A stretch of 64,000 bases of DNA from the human T2T-CHM13v2.0 reference genome, Homo sapiens, in assembly GCF_009914755.1 (NCBI RefSeq), contig NC_060937.1. One strand, 5' to 3'. Below, in pieces: positions 60,793-64,000 of the stretch. A program made the translations under genes and the position numbers. Below the pieces are notes generated by a model, which saw nothing but the letters and a program-made list of their open reading frames with translations, was not told where the DNA came from and made no database searches. Numbering within the stretch: the stretch's first letter is position 1; every line of letters begins with the position of its first letter.

Positions 60793-63700
60793 CTGTACAT
60801 AAAATATCAAAGTACCCAAAGTGTATATTATATACTGTACAAAAAATATGAAGGTTCATCAAATATATTTTATATCCTGCACATAATATATCAAAGTACA
60901 GCAAATATATATTATATACTGTACATAAAATAACAAAGTACCAAAAATATGTATTATATACTGTACATAAAATATGAAAGTAACCAAATATTTATAATAA
61001 ACTGTATATAAAATATCAAAGTACGCAAACTACATATTATATACAGTATATAAAATATCAAAGTACCCAAACTGTATATTATATACTGTACATACTATAT
61101 TAAAGTACCCGAATATATAGCATACTGTACATAAAATATCAAAGTACCCAAAATATATATTGTATACTGTACATAAAATATGAAGGTACATCAAAGATAT
61201 ATTATATTCTGTACATAAAATATCAAAGTACACCAAATATATATTATATGCTGTACATAATATATTAAAGTCGACCAAATATATATTATATACTGTACAT
61301 AAAATATGAAGATACATCAAATATATATTATATGCTGCACATAAAATATCAAAGTACCGAAAGTATGTATTATATACTGTACATAAAATATCAAAGTACC
61401 CAAAGTATATATTATATACTGTACATAAAATATAAAATACCCCAAATATATATTATATGCTGTACATAAAATATCAAAGTACACAAAATATGTATTATGT
61501 ACTGTACATAAAATATCAAAGGATCCAATATATATATTATATAGTGTACATAAAATATCAAAATACCCAAAATATATATTATATACTGTACATAAAATAC
61601 CAAAGTACCCAAAGTATATATTATATACCGTACAAAAAATATCAAAGTAGCCAAAATATGTATTATACACTGTACATAATATATGAAAGTACCCAAACAT
61701 TTATAATAAACTGTACATAAAATATCAATGTACTCAAACTATATATTATGTGCGGTACATAAGATATCAAAATACCCATACTATATAGTATATACTGTAC
61801 TTAAAATATCAAAATACCCAAAATATATATTATATACGTTACATAAACTATCAAATACACAAAGTATGTATTATATATTGTACATAAAATAGCAAAGTTC
61901 CCAAAATATGTATTATATACTGTACATAAAATATGAAAGTACCCAACCATTTATAATAAAGTCTACATAAAATACCAAAGTACCCAAACTGTGTATTATA
62001 TACTGTCCATAAAATATCAAAGGACCCAAAATATATATCGTAAACTCTACATAAAATATCAAAGTAGCCAAAATACATATTGTATACTGTACATAAAATA
62101 TAAAAGTACCCCAAATATGTATTATATACTGTACATAAAATATCAAAGTACCCATAATACATATTATATACTGTACATAAAATATCAAAGGACCCAAAAT
62201 AAACATTATATACTGTACATAAAATATCCAAATACTCAAAATATATATTACATACTGTACATAAAATATCAAAGTACCCAAATTATGTATTATATATTGT
62301 ACGTAAAATATCAGAGTACCCAAAATATGCATTATATACTGTACATAAAATATGAAAGTAACAATACATTTAAAATAAACTGTACATAAAATATCAAAGT
62401 ACTCAAACTATATATCATTTACTGTACATAAAATATCAAAGTACCCAAACTGTGTATTATTATATACTGTATATAAAATATCAAAGTACCTGAAATATAT
62501 ACTGTATACTGTACATAAAATATCAAAGTACCCAAAATATATACTATATACTGTACATAAAATATGAAGGTACATCAAATATATATTATATCCTGTACAT
62601 AAAATATCAAAGTACACCTATTATATATTGTGTACTGTACATAATATATTAAATCGCCCAAATATATATTGTATACTGTATATAAAATATGAAGGTACTT
62701 CAAATATATATTATATGCTGCACATAAAATATCAAAGTACCCAAAGTATGCATTACATACTGTACATAAAATATCAAAGTACACATATTATATATTATAT
62801 AATATACATAAAATATGAAGGTTCATCAAATATATATTATATTCTGTACATAATATATCAAAGTACATCAAATATATATTATTTACTGTACATAAAATAT
62901 CAAAGTACCAAAAATATGTATTATATACTCTACATAAAATATGAAAGTAACCAAACATTTATAATAAACTGTACATAAAATATCAAAGTACTCAGTCTAC
63001 ATATTATATACAGTATATAAAATATCAAAGTACACACACTGTATATTATATACTGTACATAATATATCAAAATACCCAGAATATATAGCATACTGTACAT
63101 AAAATATCAAAGTACCCAAAATATATATTGTATACTGTACATAAAATATGAAGGTACATCAAAGATATATTATATTCTGTACATAAAATATCAAAGTACA
63201 CCAAATATATATTATATGCTGTACATAATATATTAAAGTTGCCCAAATATACATTCTATACTGTACATAAAATATGAACGTACATCAAATATATAGTATA
63301 TGCTGCACATAAAATATCAAAGTACCCAAAGTATGTATTATACACTGTACATAAAATATCAAAGTACCAAAAGTATATATTACATACTGTAAATAAAATA
63401 TGAAGGTACCTCAAATATATATTATATTCTGTACATAAAATATCAAAGTACACCAAGTATATACTATATACTCTGCATAAAATATTAAATTACCCAAAAT
63501 ATGTATTGTATTGTGTACATAAAATATGAAAGTAACCAAACATTTATAATAAACTGTACATAAAATTTCAAAGTACTCAAACTGTATATTATATACTGTA
63601 CATAAAGTATCAAAGTACCCAAACTGTGTAGTATATACTGTACATAAAATATCAAGGTACCCAAAATATATATTGTAAACTGTAGATAAAATATCAAAAT

Positions 63701-64000
63701 ACCCAAAATATATATTATATACTGTACATAAAATATGAAGTCACATCCAATATATATTATATTCTGAACATAAAATATCAAAGTACACCAAATGTATATT
63801 ATATACTGTACATAAAATATCAAAGTACCCAAAGTGTATATTATATACTGTACATAAAATATGAAGGTTCATCAAATATATTTTATATTCTGCACATAAT
63901 ATATAAAAGTACAGCAAATATATATTATATACTGTACATAAAATATCAAAGTACCCAAAATATGTATTATATACTGTACATAAAATATGAAAGTAACCAA

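Larger units (their letters stand above)
1..64000 (+). repeat. HSat1A (classical satellite 1 / SAR) 42-bp tandem satellite array, single orientation, extending past both window edges
   Basis: Continuous monomer CTGTACATAAAATATCAAAGTACCCAAAATATATATTATATA. Cutting at GT^AC gives 17-bp ACATAAAATATCAAAGT and 25-bp ACCCAAAATATATATTATATACTGT, the described satellite 1 sub-units. The consensus has A21/T13/C6/G2, and the same strand bias holds throughout. Confidence 0.95.
13183..64000 (+). repeat. Region dominated by the ~6.3-kb dimeric higher-order repeat (A unit 3012-3013 bp + B unit 3307-3317 bp)
   Basis: Marker starts at 13183, 16490, 19503, 22820, 25833, 27601, 30614, 33921, 36934, 40251, 43263, 46579, 49591, 52898, 54987, 58010 and 61317. 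Unit lengths are 3307, 3013, 3317, 3013, 1768, 3013, 3307, 3013, 3317, 3012, 3316, 3012, 3307, 2089, 3023 and 3307. Confidence 0.9.

Noticed and set aside
91-63832. Hundreds of 60-197 aa Tyr/Ile/Phe-rich ORFs on both strands
   Set aside because: 42 bp is divisible by 3, so stop-free frames give 14-aa periodic peptides (YYILYIKYQSTQNI, LGTLIFYVQYIIYI, FGYFDILCTVYNIY). They overlap in several frames, recur with the repeat period, and are broken at random by SNVs. They were used only as position markers.
1-64000. CRISPR-like repeat/spacer appearance (conserved CTGTACATAAAATATCAAAGTAC plus a more variable part)
   Set aside because: The variable part is a mutated version of one consensus, not unique spacers. 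It recurs at 3013 bp, and there is no leader or cas gene.
1-64000. Alpha satellite, HSat2/3, HSat1B or telomeric repeat
   Set aside because: I saw no 171-bp period or CENP-B box, no CATTC/GGAAT pentamers, no Alu-derived segment and no TTAGGG.
1-64000. TATA boxes (TATATAAAA) and forkhead-like sites (GTAAATA ~3203, ATAAACA ~2013)
   Set aside because: These are expected by chance in ~80% AT sequence; there is no promoter context to support a regulatory call.
1-64000. Inversion or embedded transposon/unique insertion
   Set aside because: Orientation and composition are uniform. Every unit-length change is accounted for by the 294, +10, -1, -924 and -1549 bp events, leaving no room for foreign sequence.
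1-64000. Hairpins/terminators from short palindromes (TGTACA, GTAC, TATATA)
   Set aside because: These are short AT-rich palindromes intrinsic to the monomer. There are no stable GC stems and no structured-RNA or tRNA pattern.
1-64000. Assignment to a specific chromosome or individual
   Set aside because: It cannot be supported from the sequence alone; it needs alignment to a T2T reference.

Overview
The whole 64 kb window is one uninterrupted, single-orientation array of an AT-rich 42-bp satellite. The consensus is CTGTACATAAAATATCAAAGTACCCAAAATATATATTATATA (about 19% GC, roughly 1,530 monomers). It matches human/primate classical satellite 1 (HSat1A / SAR), built from alternating 17-bp and 25-bp RsaI sub-units. 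I see no gene, RNA gene, transposon or CRISPR array; all listed ORFs are 14-aa-period artefacts of the 42-bp monomer. The information is in the higher-order structure. A 3013-bp (72-monomer) unit occurs in two alternating haplotypes (A, B) that form a ~6330-bp dimer (3013 + 3013 + a 294-bp seven-monomer block + a 10-bp indel). On top of this are two in-register deletions (1549 and 924 bp), an out-of-register conversion-like tract present twice, two recent ~6.3-kb tandem duplications, long-range haplotype mosaics and a divergent last unit. The one functional idea is speculative: the + strand, if transcribed, carries a Pumilio element (UGUANAUA) in most monomers plus regularly placed AAUAAA signals. 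I found no evidence of a new protein-coding system. All offsets were counted by hand or taken from the ORF track.
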